Below, piece after piece: positions 22,450-48,310 of a stretch of 64,000 nucleotides of DNA (position 1 is its first letter; every line of letters begins with the position of its first letter). The translations under genes were made by a program, and so were the position numbers. Below the pieces are notes generated by a model that saw nothing but the letters and a program-made list of their open reading frames with translations, did not search any database and was not told the DNA's origin. The DNA is from the human T2T-CHM13v2.0 reference genome, Homo sapiens, in assembly GCF_009914755.1 (NCBI RefSeq), contig NC_060941.1. The stretch is one strand, 5' to 3'.

Positions 22450-24702
22450 CCAGACCCTCAGGGAGTCAGGGCACGGGAGGCCCTATCTCCCATCCTGTGG
22501 AACCCGCCCCATTGGCCACCCCATGCTGCTGCTGCCTGGGTCTCTGCTCTAGCACCCAGAGGCATGACAGGCCCTGCTCAGAGGTCAGAGGGTCTGGGCA
22601 GAGGAGGGACCACATTCCCCTGCCTTGCCCCTGAGCACTTCTGGAGACTGCGTCCTGTCCTATCTGCTCACCATCACCCTTCCTGCCCGACGGAGCTGCT
22701 TCTGCTCCCTGGGGCATATGGACTGACCCACCTCCTGCTGAGAACCTTCCCCTAGGCCCTGTGCAGAAGGGCTACTGCCCCTTAGGCCTCAGCTGGGGGA
22801 AAGGCAGTTCTGGTGCTGTAGAGGCCCTGGTGCAGAAAGTGGGACGTCTTTTTTCCTAAGGTGTTTAAGCACAGGCTTGATAAGTTTGGTTTTTAAAAAA
22901 TAATCTAGGAAATGAATAATTCTAAATCTAGTAATGAGGAAACTGAGCATTTCTTTTGCCCTCCAGGGTGCCAAGACCCTACATATGACAGAACCCTTGG
23001 CCCTTCTCCATGCCTGTGGGATCTGTTTCTTTAAAGCACTTTGTACTGTTATTCAGGAGGTTGATAATCTCCTTGACCCATGTCTTTCTACCCTAATCCC
23101 CACTTCCCTGCAGAATCAATCTGAGGGAGGGGATAAAGAGGAAGCAATAAAAAAAAAACATCCGACAGAGCAGCTCTGGCTTTGCCAGCCTGGCCAGCAG
23201 CTCAGAGTGCACCGAGGAGGGAAGGATGGCTAAGCTGGGACCGGCAGTCCTCACAGGGTGCCTGTGAGAAAGGACATTTTACCCCCACATCATAGTCACA
23301 TCACTGACTCCTAGGTCTAGCACGACTGCTCTTTGTGATTCTCTTGAGTACCCTTGGCTTCCAGCCATGCTGTCCTCACATACGGTAAAGCCAAAGAGCT
23401 GTCACATGGGCCAGAAACATGAGCCACGGCAGGAAGACCGTGGAGCCCGTGGGCACTGCATGGTGTTGGCTGGCATGCCCATCAGCTGAGGACAGCAAAC
23501 TCCCAGCAGCCCCTACAGAGGTGGCACATGCTTGGCCACACATCTACTCCCTGCCCACACCATCTATGCTCTTGGTTGGTGCTGGCTGGGATGGCGGTTC
23601 TGCCCAGTGGTGTCTCTGAGCGCGGGATGACAGGAGCAACCGAAGCACCCTGAAGGCCTTCACTCCTTGTTGGGTAACTCAGCCATGGAGATGCCAAGCA
23701 CTAGCCAGGAGGTGAGTTCCTCTTTAGGGCTTTGGTTTTCATTCCTTTTTGTTTGGCTTGGCCAAACCAGAATTCAGCTTATCTGAATTATTTTCCAAAG
23801 GAATGCTGTCAGGGAGGGACTGTTCTGCCAGCCTAACAAAGCAACGTAGCCACGTATAGTACCCACTTTCTGCTCTTTGGAGAGAACACAGGTTATCAAG
23901 TTCATCTCTCTTGACTACTCTTATGATAGCTGATGCCACAGAGCCTATGGGCAAATGCCAGACCCAGGGTTAGACACAAGGACCTGAAGTGACATGACGG
24001 CGGGACAGGGGAAATGTGACTTTCTAATTAGGCATTTTATGTTAGTCACAGTCTTGAATGTATAAACAGCACTAAGACTCTCAGGTCAGGTACCTTGGTG
24101 ATCAGCTACTAGTTCTTCCAGCCCTCATTGAGGTAACAAGATAAAGACAAATCCACTTCTTTGGCCAAATTCAGGCTTTGGCTTTATGACTTTCCCACAG
24201 AGACTGGAATGCGTCAGCCTGAGACCACTGGCCTATTTTCTCAGCTGCCCTCTTGAGGTCCTTTAACACTCAAATTCCCAGCTCCCCACTGAGGTGTTGT
24301 GATGCTTGCCTTTTGACCTCCCCATCCCCTTTAGTCCCTGCTTACTACTTTGACATTCACATCCTCAGTGTCTCAGTCTTTTTTGCCGAGAAAGCACAGT
24401 AGTCTGGGACTGGGCATTTATCTTCTCTGACTGAAAATCTCTCCTTGGTCTTAAGGAAAATACTAACATTGAACTCACTGACATGATCTTAGCTTCTTTA
24501 ATCAGACTTTGTGACTTAAAAGTTTGGGGGTTTTCTTTGAAAGTTTCCAGCCCTATTCAGAAAGCAACTCTTGGCTGTGTGCATTTTTCAACTCCAAGCA
24601 GCCCAGGGGTAAGTAAACAAAGTATGGATGAAGGTCAGATTTTCTTGTCAGTTTCTGAGAAACCTGGCAGCCTGCTGTTAACAACACAGGCCAGTATTGG
24701 GT

Positions 24703-25054
24703 TTTATTGAATTTGGTATGTGACCAAGGTCGGCCTAAAGGATGGCGCAGGTCCTGGGCAGGAAAGAATTTTTCCTTTATCACATAACTGTAATATTTGG
24801 TTGCTCAGCATAAGTGATGGAAGCAAACACTAATTTCTAATAAAATTGTGTTAAACTCAATGGTACAGAGCCATGTTTACAGTGAGCAGGCCTTGACCAG
24901 CTTGCGGCCATGGGCTGAGTTCCTGTGCTTCTGTTTATCATCTGACCTTGTGTTCTAGCCAGGTCGTAAGCGCGACTGTACTGTTGCCCTGCAACCCCAG
25001 CTCCCCCTGGAGGACTAAGGACAAGAATAACAAGGGCTGGAACTGTGATTTAAT
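24703..25054 (-). terminator. POLDIP2 candidate polyA signals (ATTAAA 25049-25054, AATAAA 24703-24708)
   Basis: Minus-strand hexamers downstream of the POLDIP2 stop. Confidence 0.55.
24839..24844 (+). terminator. TNFAIP1 polyA signal AATAAA
   Basis: ctaataaaattgtg at the end of a roughly 2.4 kb 3' UTR. Confidence 0.7.
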
Positions 25055-25967
25055 ATTAATTCAAGAAAACTACCTCTAACAATCACTGCAGTGGCGGAGG
25101 AAAAGAAATCCTAAGAATTGGGGCAAGATGCAGCACAATTCATCTCTGGCTCTTGGAAATCTGAGAGAAGCTCAGGAAGTAGCTTGACTTAGTCATCAAT
25201 CCATACCTAAAGCTGCTCCTCAGCCAAATTCCTGCATTTGTGGTCTGGATGCTTGGCAGAGTCATGCTGAGGGCTGGCACACCCATTGCTCCAGGAAACC
25301 CGACTGGCTTGCCTCCCTCCTCTCCTGGGCCTAGCGAGGCCAGAAATGGCAATGGTCGGTCAGTGCTAAGAGCCAGGCCACTCCGACCCTGACACTGGCC
25401 TCCCTCTCTGCATTTGGCAGAAGGTAAAGTGAACAAGAGTCCAGTCCAGCACCCCCGCCAACTAGCTGAGAGGCACAGTGACCCTAGGAGATGTCCAGCC
25501 AGCCTCCAGGCTGAGAGGGAAACAGGCACATGCCCTACCAGGGGGGCAGCTCCCTGGAAGGGCAGCAAAGAAAGCAGTCAAGGGCGCACACTGGGTCAGA
25601 AGGGGAGCCTGAGACTCTGGGAGCAGAAATGGCAAGGGTGGCCAAGCGTGCACTGGTTTACTGATCAAACCTCACGTGACAGGCCAGGAAACTCCTCCAG
25701 GCCTGTGGCAGCTGAACACAGTTCCTTGGTGGAGAGGTTTACTGGAACATGGTGTAGGCAGGGCTTATGAGGAGGCCAGCCTTGGAGGTGTCCCACATGG
25801 GTCTTCTGAAGAAAAGTTATACCACCCCTCCCCACAAAAAGAACCCCACAATCAAATTAAGAGACCCACTGTGGCCCATGATGGGGAGAGAAGAGTTCTG
25901 CAGCAATTGTGGGATGAGAGTTGTTCTTCCCGGTGACCAAGCCTGGGCACTTGGGGCCTCAGCTGGC

Positions 25968-35297
<9,330 letters not shown>

Positions 35298-35519
35298 GTC
35301 CCGCCCGAGCGCCCGCCCGGCTGCTGACACAGAGCCCGACCCGCGGCCGGGCGGCGTTCCGCCCCAGTCCCACACTGCCCCGCGCGGCGTCCCGGCCCTC
35401 TTGGCCCGCCTGGTCCCACCCCGGAGCTCAGAGCAACTTCCGGTGCGCTTAGCGTTACTTCCGGCGCGCGGCGGGCGGAAGTCCGGGTTGGGGTCACCTG
35501 ACCGGAGAGCCGGCTAGAT

Positions 35520-39103
<3,584 letters not shown>

Positions 39104-39892
39104 CTGGTGCTTCATCATCAAGTCTAGAGAAGACTTTGGGGGCTTCAGGCTCCAATTGGCAGTCACCGACTCAGTCAACCCATCAGACTTTTTGTATTCA
39201 GCTCCAGTTAGTCAGAAGACCAGCCCAGGCCAGCTGCTGTTTCTGTGGGGAGCCCTAATCTTCTGTGAATTTCCAAAGGGAGCATTGGAGGAGATTGAGA
39301 TAACACATCTTTAAAACAGAAAGAACTGGTCTTGGTCTATCAGTACCTCTTCCTGAATCTGGTACCCATCTGCCTTCTCCAGTTCATTCTAAACACTGCT
39401 GGGACTAGGGTTTTTCCATCAGGAGCAAATGGAATCCAGGCCTTCCCAGAAGTAGACCATACTGCCTTGAACTTGTCCATATGTACAAACTGATCACCAG
39501 CTTTCTCCATACATTTTTAATGCAGACCTGTAATTGAGTTCAGAAGCCTCCAAGAAAACAGAAAGGATCCCCTTTCTCCAGTTTGTGCTGGAAGAGGAGC
39601 TGATCAGAGACATCAAATAAGAGAAAGATGGGTTGCTAGAGGATGGTAGAACTGGAAGCAAGGCAGCTACCTTTTTGCAAAAGGAAATGGTGTTAGGCCC
39701 CTTTTCCAGAAGATAAGACAGACTCATAGAGATTAAATGATCACTATGGTCCTTCTTCTGTTAAATGGAGCCAAAGACGCCTATGTTGTTCTGAAGTCTT
39801 GTAATGTTTAACTTCTGAGAACTTAGATTAGTGGTGTGATGATAGAGTCTGTATAACGCATTGAAAAGGGTATCAGGCTTAGTTATTTATCC

Positions 39893-39898
39893 AATAAA
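39893..39898 (+). terminator. TMEM199 proximal polyA signal
   Basis: AATAAA about 790 nt after the stop. Confidence 0.6.
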
Positions 39899-40229
39899 TA
39901 TTTATTGTATGCAGGGTATTCCTATTTTAACTCCTGTGACAACACAAAGCATAGCGATTTCCATAGTTCTAACTGTTCAGGGTCTGCTCCTCCTGGTACA
40001 CTCTTTTTGGTTCACTGTATGTACTCCTGTTGTCTTTTTTTTTTTTTCCAAAGCACTTTTCTGTTTTCATAAATTATATACTCATTCACTCAGTGGACAC
40101 TTCCTCTACAATGTTTGCCAGTTTCTGTTAGTTGGGAGAAGTGTCAGCTGTGAAAAGAAAAAGTAGGTGGCATTTTACAGTGTTTCCAGTAACCTGAGCT
40201 ATATAAAATTTGTGTTAAAAAGCTACACT

Positions 40230-40660
40230 GGGCCAGGTGAGGTGGCTCACACCTGTAATCGTAGCATTTTGGGAGGCTGAGGCAGGCGGATCACTTGAGG
40301 TTGGGAGTTTAAGACCAGCATGGCCAATATAGCGAAACCCCATCTTTACTAAAAATACAAAAAAATTAGCCAGGCGTGGTGGTACATGCCTGTAATCCCA
40401 GCACTTTGGGAGACCAAGGTGGGAGGATGCTTGAGTTCAGGAGTTTGAGACCAGCCTGGGCAACATGGCGAAAGCCCATCTCTACAAAAAAACGCAGAAA
40501 TTAGCTGACATGGTAGCGCACGCCTGTAGTCCCAGCTACTCAGGAGGCTAAGGTGGGAGGATCACTTGAGCCTGGGAGGCAGAGGTTGCAGTAAGCTGAG
40601 TAAGCCAAGATCATGCTATTGCACTCTAGCCTGGATGACAGAGTGAGACCTTGTCTCAAT
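40230..40660 (+). mobile_element. Composite Alu (left monomer plus Alu)
   Basis: Alu consensus segments. Confidence 0.85.
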
Positions 40661-41376
40661 GAAAAAGCAGGGGGCACTGGGAGGGGAGAACCAAATGCCC
40701 TATCCTCCAGTTCTCAGCATATAGAAGGGAGCTCTCTCATCTGCTAGCCACTCCTGCCTCACTGTGCCATGCTTTCTGTAATGCACTCTGGGTCCAGGGA
40801 CTGCTTGGCAGGAGGTGGGAAGAACAAGAAGTTTAGGGCCTTCCCAGTTTCTTAGGGCCTGTCTGGAGAGGGAACTAGCGTTTACTGAGTTTTTACGATG
40901 TGTTACACACCATGTAAAGCCCTTTACCTACATTATTTCTTATACCCCAAACAGAGAGCAAATAAGTATCCCCATTTTTTAGTCACATAGAGTTCCAGAG
41001 TTGCCACAGTTACATCGCAAAGTCAGGATTTGAATCCAGTGCAGACCGCAAACACCATGGTTTTCTCTCCAAAGCAGAGCAGCTCCAGAGGTGGAGGTGA
41101 CTGGAATGTCCTAGATTCAGTGGGACCAGGAGCTGGGGGTGCTAGCAGAGGCTCTCATCTCCCCAGGGTCTTGTCAGTCAGAGTCCTAAACCCTTCAATT
41201 AACTATCCCTCTAATCCCAGCTGAAGCCTGGGTAATACCTCCCACCAAGAGGTATCTGTGTGGAACCTGGCCCTATTTAGGGATTAGGTGATGGAGATAA
41301 ATTTCCATGGCAAACGGCCCTCGTCCCCGTTCGTTTGCAGAGCACAACAATCCAGATTAAGGTACAGAGTTTGGGT

Positions 41377-41382
41377 TTTATT
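41377..41382 (-). terminator. SEBOX candidate polyA signal
   Basis: tttatt downstream of the SEBOX stop. Confidence 0.5.
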
Positions 41383-42118
41383 TGGAGATTAGTTGGTATT
41401 ACAGGTGATGGTGATACCAAAACCCAATGCTGCTATACCTGCCTCCATCCCAGATCTGTCAGGTTGTCTCCACAGCCCCACATCAGAGGGCATCCAATCT
41501 GATCTTTGTGAAAATTAAATCAACATAAGCCCCAGCTTCCTATCTTTGCTTCATTACTTTAATGCCACTCCCTCTTCACATCCGTAGTTCTGATTAATTT
41601 GTCCAGGTGGTCGATGGTCAAGAGAGGGGGCCCTGACCCATAAAGAAGTTGGCTCTCCAGCAGTCTAGATGAGGAGCAGCACTCTCCTCTCCTACCTCAC
41701 TTAGCAGTTAGCAAGGTAATGGCCTGGAGAGACCTCAGGAGACAGGAGCCTGCCCCTTCAGAAGGAGGAGGCCATCAGCTGGTGAGAACTGGGGACCAGG
41801 CCTGGCAAGAGTGGAGGAAAACATGACCCTCATCTCATCCTTCTGAAGGTACCACCTGCCACAACAATGAGCATATGCCCCAAAGGGGTCAGGGTGTGGG
41901 GTGGCAGGAGCCAGGCCCCAGTCTGCTTAGGACCTGCATCTAGGCTGGCCTGGAGGCCAGTGGAAGGGAGGGATGCCTGAGCTAAACTCCTTTCCCGTAG
42001 GGAATCCCTTTGCATAAAAAGTGGGGCCAGGGAATCCACTTCTGATGTGTTCAATCCCAGGAGGGGCAGGGTGGGCCACAGGAGTCAGAGGAGGGGCCTT
42101 GCAAGTTCTGGACAAAGA

Positions 42119-43002
42119 CTAGGAGTGGTCCACATTGACGACAATGGCCGAGGCATAGATGAGGTCAGACAGGCTGCCTAGTGAAGTCTGGGGAGTAGCT
42201 CGCTCTAAAGAAGGGTGGACCTCTGAAGCCCCAGCTGATCCCCATGGGGCTACAGCTTTAGCCCCTTCCCAGCCCTGCCGTGGACTCAAGCCAGGAGCTG
42301 GACAGGAGCTATGTCGACACACTGAGGTGCGCTGAGGTGTGCCGCTGGAGGGTGGAGGTTGGCCTGGCATTTGGGGATCCCAGGGCTGCTGGAGGGTGTC
42401 TGGAAGAGAACAGGAGCTCTGGGGGCACTCAGACCCAGGGCTTAGAATTCCTGACTTCCTGTTCTTGATTATTTTGGCCCAGCGCTTCTGGAACCACACC
42501 TGCTAGGAAAGAAGAAGGGGTCTGTTCTGGCCCCAGCATCCCCTCCACCCAGGGACAGGGGAAACAACCTGAAGGCAGGCTACCCAGCGAAGGGGCTGTG
42601 GGCCAAGCCTAGATGTTGGCTGTGTGAGAAGGGGTCACAGCTCACCTGTACCTTGGCCTCAGGAAGGCAAGTGACCCAGGCCAGGTGCTCATGGGTGCTG
42701 ATGTTGGGGTAGGGCCATGCTGCAAACGCCCTCTCCAGCTCCAGTAGCTGCCCTTTGCTGAAGGTGGTCCGCTTTCTCCGGTGGGAACCCAACCCGCTGC
42801 CACCGTCTGCAGGCCATGGTGGGGGTCAAGCTGGGACTCCCTGCAAGAGCCTCCACCCAGCCTCAAAGCCCTCAATCAACCCCGAAGTCCCTACTCCCAC
42901 CCCTCTCCAACCGTCCTCATCCTACCATGGCCTGCGTTCTCACCCTGCCCACACTTCCCCCATCAGATCACCTGCTGAGGATGCATCCACAGGGCTGGGC
43001 AT
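42119..43002 (-). CDS. SEBOX: SEBOX paired-like homeobox protein, 190 aa, with degenerate homeodomain
   Basis: Exons 43002-42972, 42806-42646, 42499-42119 (573 nt); MPSPVDASSADGGSGLGSHRRKRTTFSKGQLLELERAF...VQVWFQKRWAK. Confidence 0.9.
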
Positions 43003-43804
43003 GGAGCTGGCAAAGGGTAAGGTGCCAGAGGGCCGTGCCAGAGGGCCATGCCAGGGCTGTGCCCACACCAGACCCCCCCATTTGGGTTTTATCATGCTCA
43101 GGGTGGCTGGCCCCGCCTTCAGGAGTGGAGAGGTTTAGAGTCCAGCTCAAGCAAGGCAGAGAAGTCTCGGTGGGGAAGAAGGGAGGCTGGAGGCCGGGTT
43201 GGGCTTATGAGGGTATGGGTGGGGCAAATTGTATACCCCCTGCCCCTCCAAGGCCTCGCAAAGGAAGCTGGACCCAGCATCCCTTCTCAAACCTCAAACT
43301 GGCAGTCTGTGCCTGAAATCCTATACTTCATGAAAATCCTCCCAGGGGTCCTTCCAGGCAGCCAAAGAAAACCATCTCTCCAGTGCTCCCAGGCACTGGC
43401 TGCCCCTTCTGGAGCCCTTAGTGCTCTGAACCTGGCTACCTTCAGGGGAGAGGGAGTGGAGTCCTCTCCCACAACTGGGGACTGGGCTGGTGAAGTGGGA
43501 CAGGATGAGAAGGATGGTAGGGTGTCAACGGGATGAATGGGAGCCAGCCGCTGTCAGCAGGACTGGGGAACAGATGTCACCACCAGATTGCCCTCAGGTC
43601 TGCTTTAGAGCTTTGCCTCATCTAACCCTTTCTCTCTCTGGCCCCTCAAGAGCCAGATGGACTTCCTGGGGTTCGGAACCTGGAACCAGAGGAGGTTCCA
43701 CAGGTGCAGTTGAGGGGTTCTAAGAAAGATGATAAAGATGTTTATGTGTACAGTATTCTCTTCCTTGGATATATTCTGAGCCACTTTTTCTTAAATTTTG
43801 AAAA

Positions 43805-44525
<721 letters not shown>

Positions 44526-44962
44526 GGGCCACTTTTCCACAAGAAGTGTGTGCTTTTGAATTTCCTTTCAGTTTCTGCCCTTCACTATCTCTCCTGGTCT
44601 TGCTGCTCCCCATCCTAGACCCTAGACAGAGACCTCAAGAAAGGCTCACCCTAGGGGTGGGTTTGGGGAAGCACAGTGACTGGTTCCCCAAGTGCTCAGG
44701 AGTCAGAGCTACTAGGATTTCAGATCAGGATGGACAAAAAAGCTGAGCCAGAACCCCACCAACTCTTGCCCCTTCTCTCTCCTCCAAGACCCTAGTCAAC
44801 TCCAAGGGGCAAAGCAAGCCTCACCCACGGAGGCTGGCCTGGTAACTTTGTCATCATCAGAGGAGTTCAAGTGTCTGCTTAGCTGCTGGTGGGTTGCTGG
44901 GGGCTGCTTAGCTCAAGAGGAAGGGTAGCTCTCAGGAGGCCTTCCCCAGCCCCAAACCGGTT

Positions 44963-44997
44963 CACAGAGAGGTCCTGAGCACAGAGAGGTCCTGAGC
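44963..44997. repeat. 2 x 17 bp tandem duplication cacagagaggtcctgag
   Basis: Perfect adjacent copies downstream of the VTN polyA signal. Confidence 0.9.
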
Positions 44998-45150
44998 CCA
45001 ACATGGGTTGGACACGGCGAGGCCCTTCTCTGTCCCTTCTCTGTCCCCCTCACCAACCCATTCTGACAGTCCAGCTTCCTCTCCTTTACCCAGACAGGGA
45101 TGTGTCTACCCCAGTCAGAACAATAATTTTAAACTCGGGGCTAAGGGACC

Positions 45151-45156
45151 TTTATT
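45151..45156 (-). terminator. VTN polyA signal
   Basis: AATAAA about 65 nt after the TAG. Confidence 0.8.
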
Positions 45157-45219
45157 GGGCTGGGGGAAGGAGATGGGAGGAGGGAGCTACAGAGGGCCCG
45201 GCCATGTGGGCTCTGACTC

Positions 45220-48054
45220 CTACAGATGGCCAGGAGCTGGGCAGCCCAGCCAGTACTGAGCGATGGAGCGTGGGTAGGGAGGGTCCACAGTGTCCACTCG
45301 CCGTGTGCGAAGATTGACTCGGTAGTACTTGTCTGGAAGAGAGGAAAGCAGAGGATGCGTGAGGCCCAGCCTGGCCCTGCCCACTCTTCCCTTGAGAAGT
45401 CTAGGGTCTCTCCCAGAAGGGAAAGTGAACATCCATGATGCAGCTAAGGACTTCTGGCCTGGCTTTCTGTGGTCACTACTTGCAGGCTGCGTTCAGCCCT
45501 TGTGCACCAGGGACAGCAAGGAAAACCCAAGCTAGACCAGCTTCAGGGGTGGCAGCGGCTCCTACCTCCAGAGAAGAAGAAGACACTCTGGATGGGTTCA
45601 CAGGTGGCAGGCACAAGCCAGTCCATCCTGTAGTCATCATAGTTGTTGGCTCCCAAGTTGCTCTCCTCACTGGAGAACAAGGACAGCCACGTGGCGCGGG
45701 ATGGCCGGCGGGAGTTCTGGTTGCGGCCACGGCTGTGGCCTCGTTGTGAACGGTAGCCTTTGCGGTTGCGATGCCTAAACCTTTGTTTCTTGGCCAAGGA
45801 GGGGCGGGGTGCCATGCCTGAGATGTAGATGCGGCCAGCCATGGCTGCGTCCACTTGCCCTGGCACACCGTGCCAGTCCCGGCTAATGAACTGGGGCTGT
45901 CTGGTACCAGCTGTGGCAGGGAAGGGGTGAATGAGAGGTCTTGGGGGTCCGAATCTTGCCCCTTCCAGCGGGGCCATTAGAGTTCATCTGCTGCACCTTG
46001 CCCAAAGACACACAGCAGCGAATGGCAGAGCCAGGCCTTTGACTCTCAGTCCAATTCCCTTCCCCCTGTGCTTTCCCTCCACCATATCACTGGTGTCTCG
46101 ACCCCACCCCCCCAGGCCCCCTAAACTCCTCAGCCACAGCCCCTCCCTCTGCTGGCTGTGCTCTCAGCTGTGCTAGGCAAAGTCCAAGGTGTGGGGTCCA
46201 GGTAGAGCTGAGCTTTCCCCAAAAGGTCAACAGAAGCAAAGTCTGGCCTGAGCAAACAGACTTTGATCGATAGCTCCACAACCACAGCCCCCTCCAGCCG
46301 GCCTGGCTCTACCAATACCAAGGGGTTTCAGCCCTTTTGAGGGAGAAGCAAGACTTGCCCTCTCTCCATACCAGAGGTTCTGCCCCAGAAGAGAAGCTCG
46401 AAGATGTCCTCCCAGCTGTCCCGCTGCATCATGGCAAAGTGTTCAAACACAGCCGACAGGGAGCTGCCTTCACACTCCTCCTGACTGGGCTGGTGCTGGA
46501 ACTGGTACTCCCAGTACTGTTTCCCTGAGGAGCGGGGTGGTGGGCATTAGGAGGGCTGGGCCAGGGCAAGACTGGAGATCCCAGAGGCTGTTGAAGTTAG
46601 GATCTCCCAGCATGAGGTGGGGGTCAGGGGTGGGCACATGCTGAGGCCTGTCCCCAGTGAAATGTGAAAGGAATCCAAGACTGCTCCACTGCCTGCTCAG
46701 TCTCCCACCACCCCCTGAGTACCCTTGAAGAAGTAGACCCGCTCCCGGCCACTGTAGCTATGGGCAGGGAGGGCCAAGGCTGCATCCACGTTGTCCGGGA
46801 TGCCATCGAAGCCGTCAGAGATATTTCGGGGGTAATCAGGGTCCAGGACACCATCCTCAAAGCGCCAGTACTGACTACCCTAAGAGGTGGGGAAAGTGAA
46901 AAGGGGTATGGAGGCCGCTGGCTGGGCACAGAGGCAGAGTCCCTTGCCCTAAGGCAGCCGTTCCCAGGTCCAGGTTCACTGCCCAGGACCTGGAGTCTTG
47001 GGGCTGCCCTGTGCTCACAGAGCTCCCACCAGGTCCTGCAGGGCCCTGGGTCCAGCTTCCCTGTCCACCCTGTCCCTGGGAGCAATAGCTCTCAAACCCT
47101 CCCTAGATGCTTTCTACCCTGGCCCACAGCCCCTGGCACCTTGAAGAGGTAGGTCTTCCCCTGACAGTTGATGCGGGTGAAGGCGGCATCGATGGGGCCC
47201 TCGATGCCCCAGACATCTCGGATGAGCTTGGGGTACCCAGGCCTCACTGCCTTTTCGTCCAGTTCATAGCAGTACTGCCCTAGAGTGGAGGAGATGGTGT
47301 GAGAGCAGGGACGCTCCTGGGGCAGACCCGCATCCCCAGTACCTGCCCTGGATTCACCTCGGAAGGCAAAGAGGGAACCGTTCTTGAGGTCGGTGAAGGC
47401 GTCGAAGGGCTTCCCACTGCACAGCTCCTCCTCTGCTGGGGGCTGAGGTCTCCCTGGATGAAGGGTCTCAGGCCTTGAGTCTATCCCCTCAGGCTTAGAG
47501 GCGCCCACCTCAGGCGCAGGGGCCTCTTCCTCAGGTTTCAGAACAGGTGTCTGCTCAGGATTCCCTTTGGACTGGGCCTGGAGGTCAGAGGTCAGGGAGG
47601 GGCCCCCCACCTGTTCATGGACAGTGGCATTGTTTTTCTCCTCGCCATCGTCATAGACCGTGTACTCATCCTCCGGCATAGTGAACACATCCCCGCGAGT
47701 CACTGCAGAGAGTGGATGGTAGTGAGTCTCCAGCAGCAGGGGGCACCCCAGCCCACCCACCTGGGCTCTGAACACACCTTGGGGCTTGCACTCAGCCGTA
47801 TAGTCTGTGCAGCAGCTCTGGTAGTAAGAGCAGAGCTCGTCACACTGGCACTTCTTGTCCACGTTGAAGCCCTCAGTGCAGCGGCCCTTGCATGACTCTA
47901 TGAGGAAGGAGTGTCAGTCGGTGCCACCAAGCCCAGACCACCCTCGCCCTCCCTACATTGACCCAGATGGCCACCAACACTCCCCTGTACCTTGGTCAGC
48001 CAGAGCAACCCATGCCAGCAGGGCCAGTATGAGAAGGGGTCTCAGGGGTGCCAT
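45220..48054 (-). CDS. VTN: Vitronectin precursor, 478 aa (signal peptide, somatomedin B, RGD, hemopexin repeats, heparin-binding region)
   Basis: 8 exons: 48054-47991, 47897-47778, 47702-47358, 47279-47140, 46879-46723, 46524-46372, 45910-45566, 45332-45220 (1437 nt); RGD at 47689-47697; ends WLGCPAPGHL*. Confidence 0.98.
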
Positions 48055-48189
48055 GGCAGGGCTTCTAGCTCAGTGCCTGGCAAGCTGGGCTCTGGTCTCC
48101 CTGAAGTCTCCGCTCTGATGCCTGAGGAAGGGAGGGAGAGGCAGAGACAGGGAAGGAGGGCACTGGAGAAGAGGAACTGCCTTTTCTGC

Positions 48190-48310
48190 TGCTCTGTTTG
48201 CTCAACCTCCAGCCCATCCCCTCTGCCCCCTCCAGCGGCTGCTGCAGCAAAGGTCACATTCCTGGAACACTGGGCCTGGGCGAGCTGGGAGATAAGACCT
48301 TTGCCAAGCT
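48190..48310 (-). promoter_or_regulatory. VTN proximal promoter with hepatocyte and acute-phase motifs
   Basis: FOXA-like TGTTTGC 48195-48201, HNF4/DR1-like GCAGCAAAGGTCA 48244-48256, STAT palindrome TTCCTGGAA 48259-48267, GATA near 48290, second HNF4-like site 48295-48305. Confidence 0.6.

Noticed and set aside
47898-47990. VTN intron 1 (93 nt, multiple of 3) as an in-frame retained intron
   Set aside because: Contains an in-frame TAG
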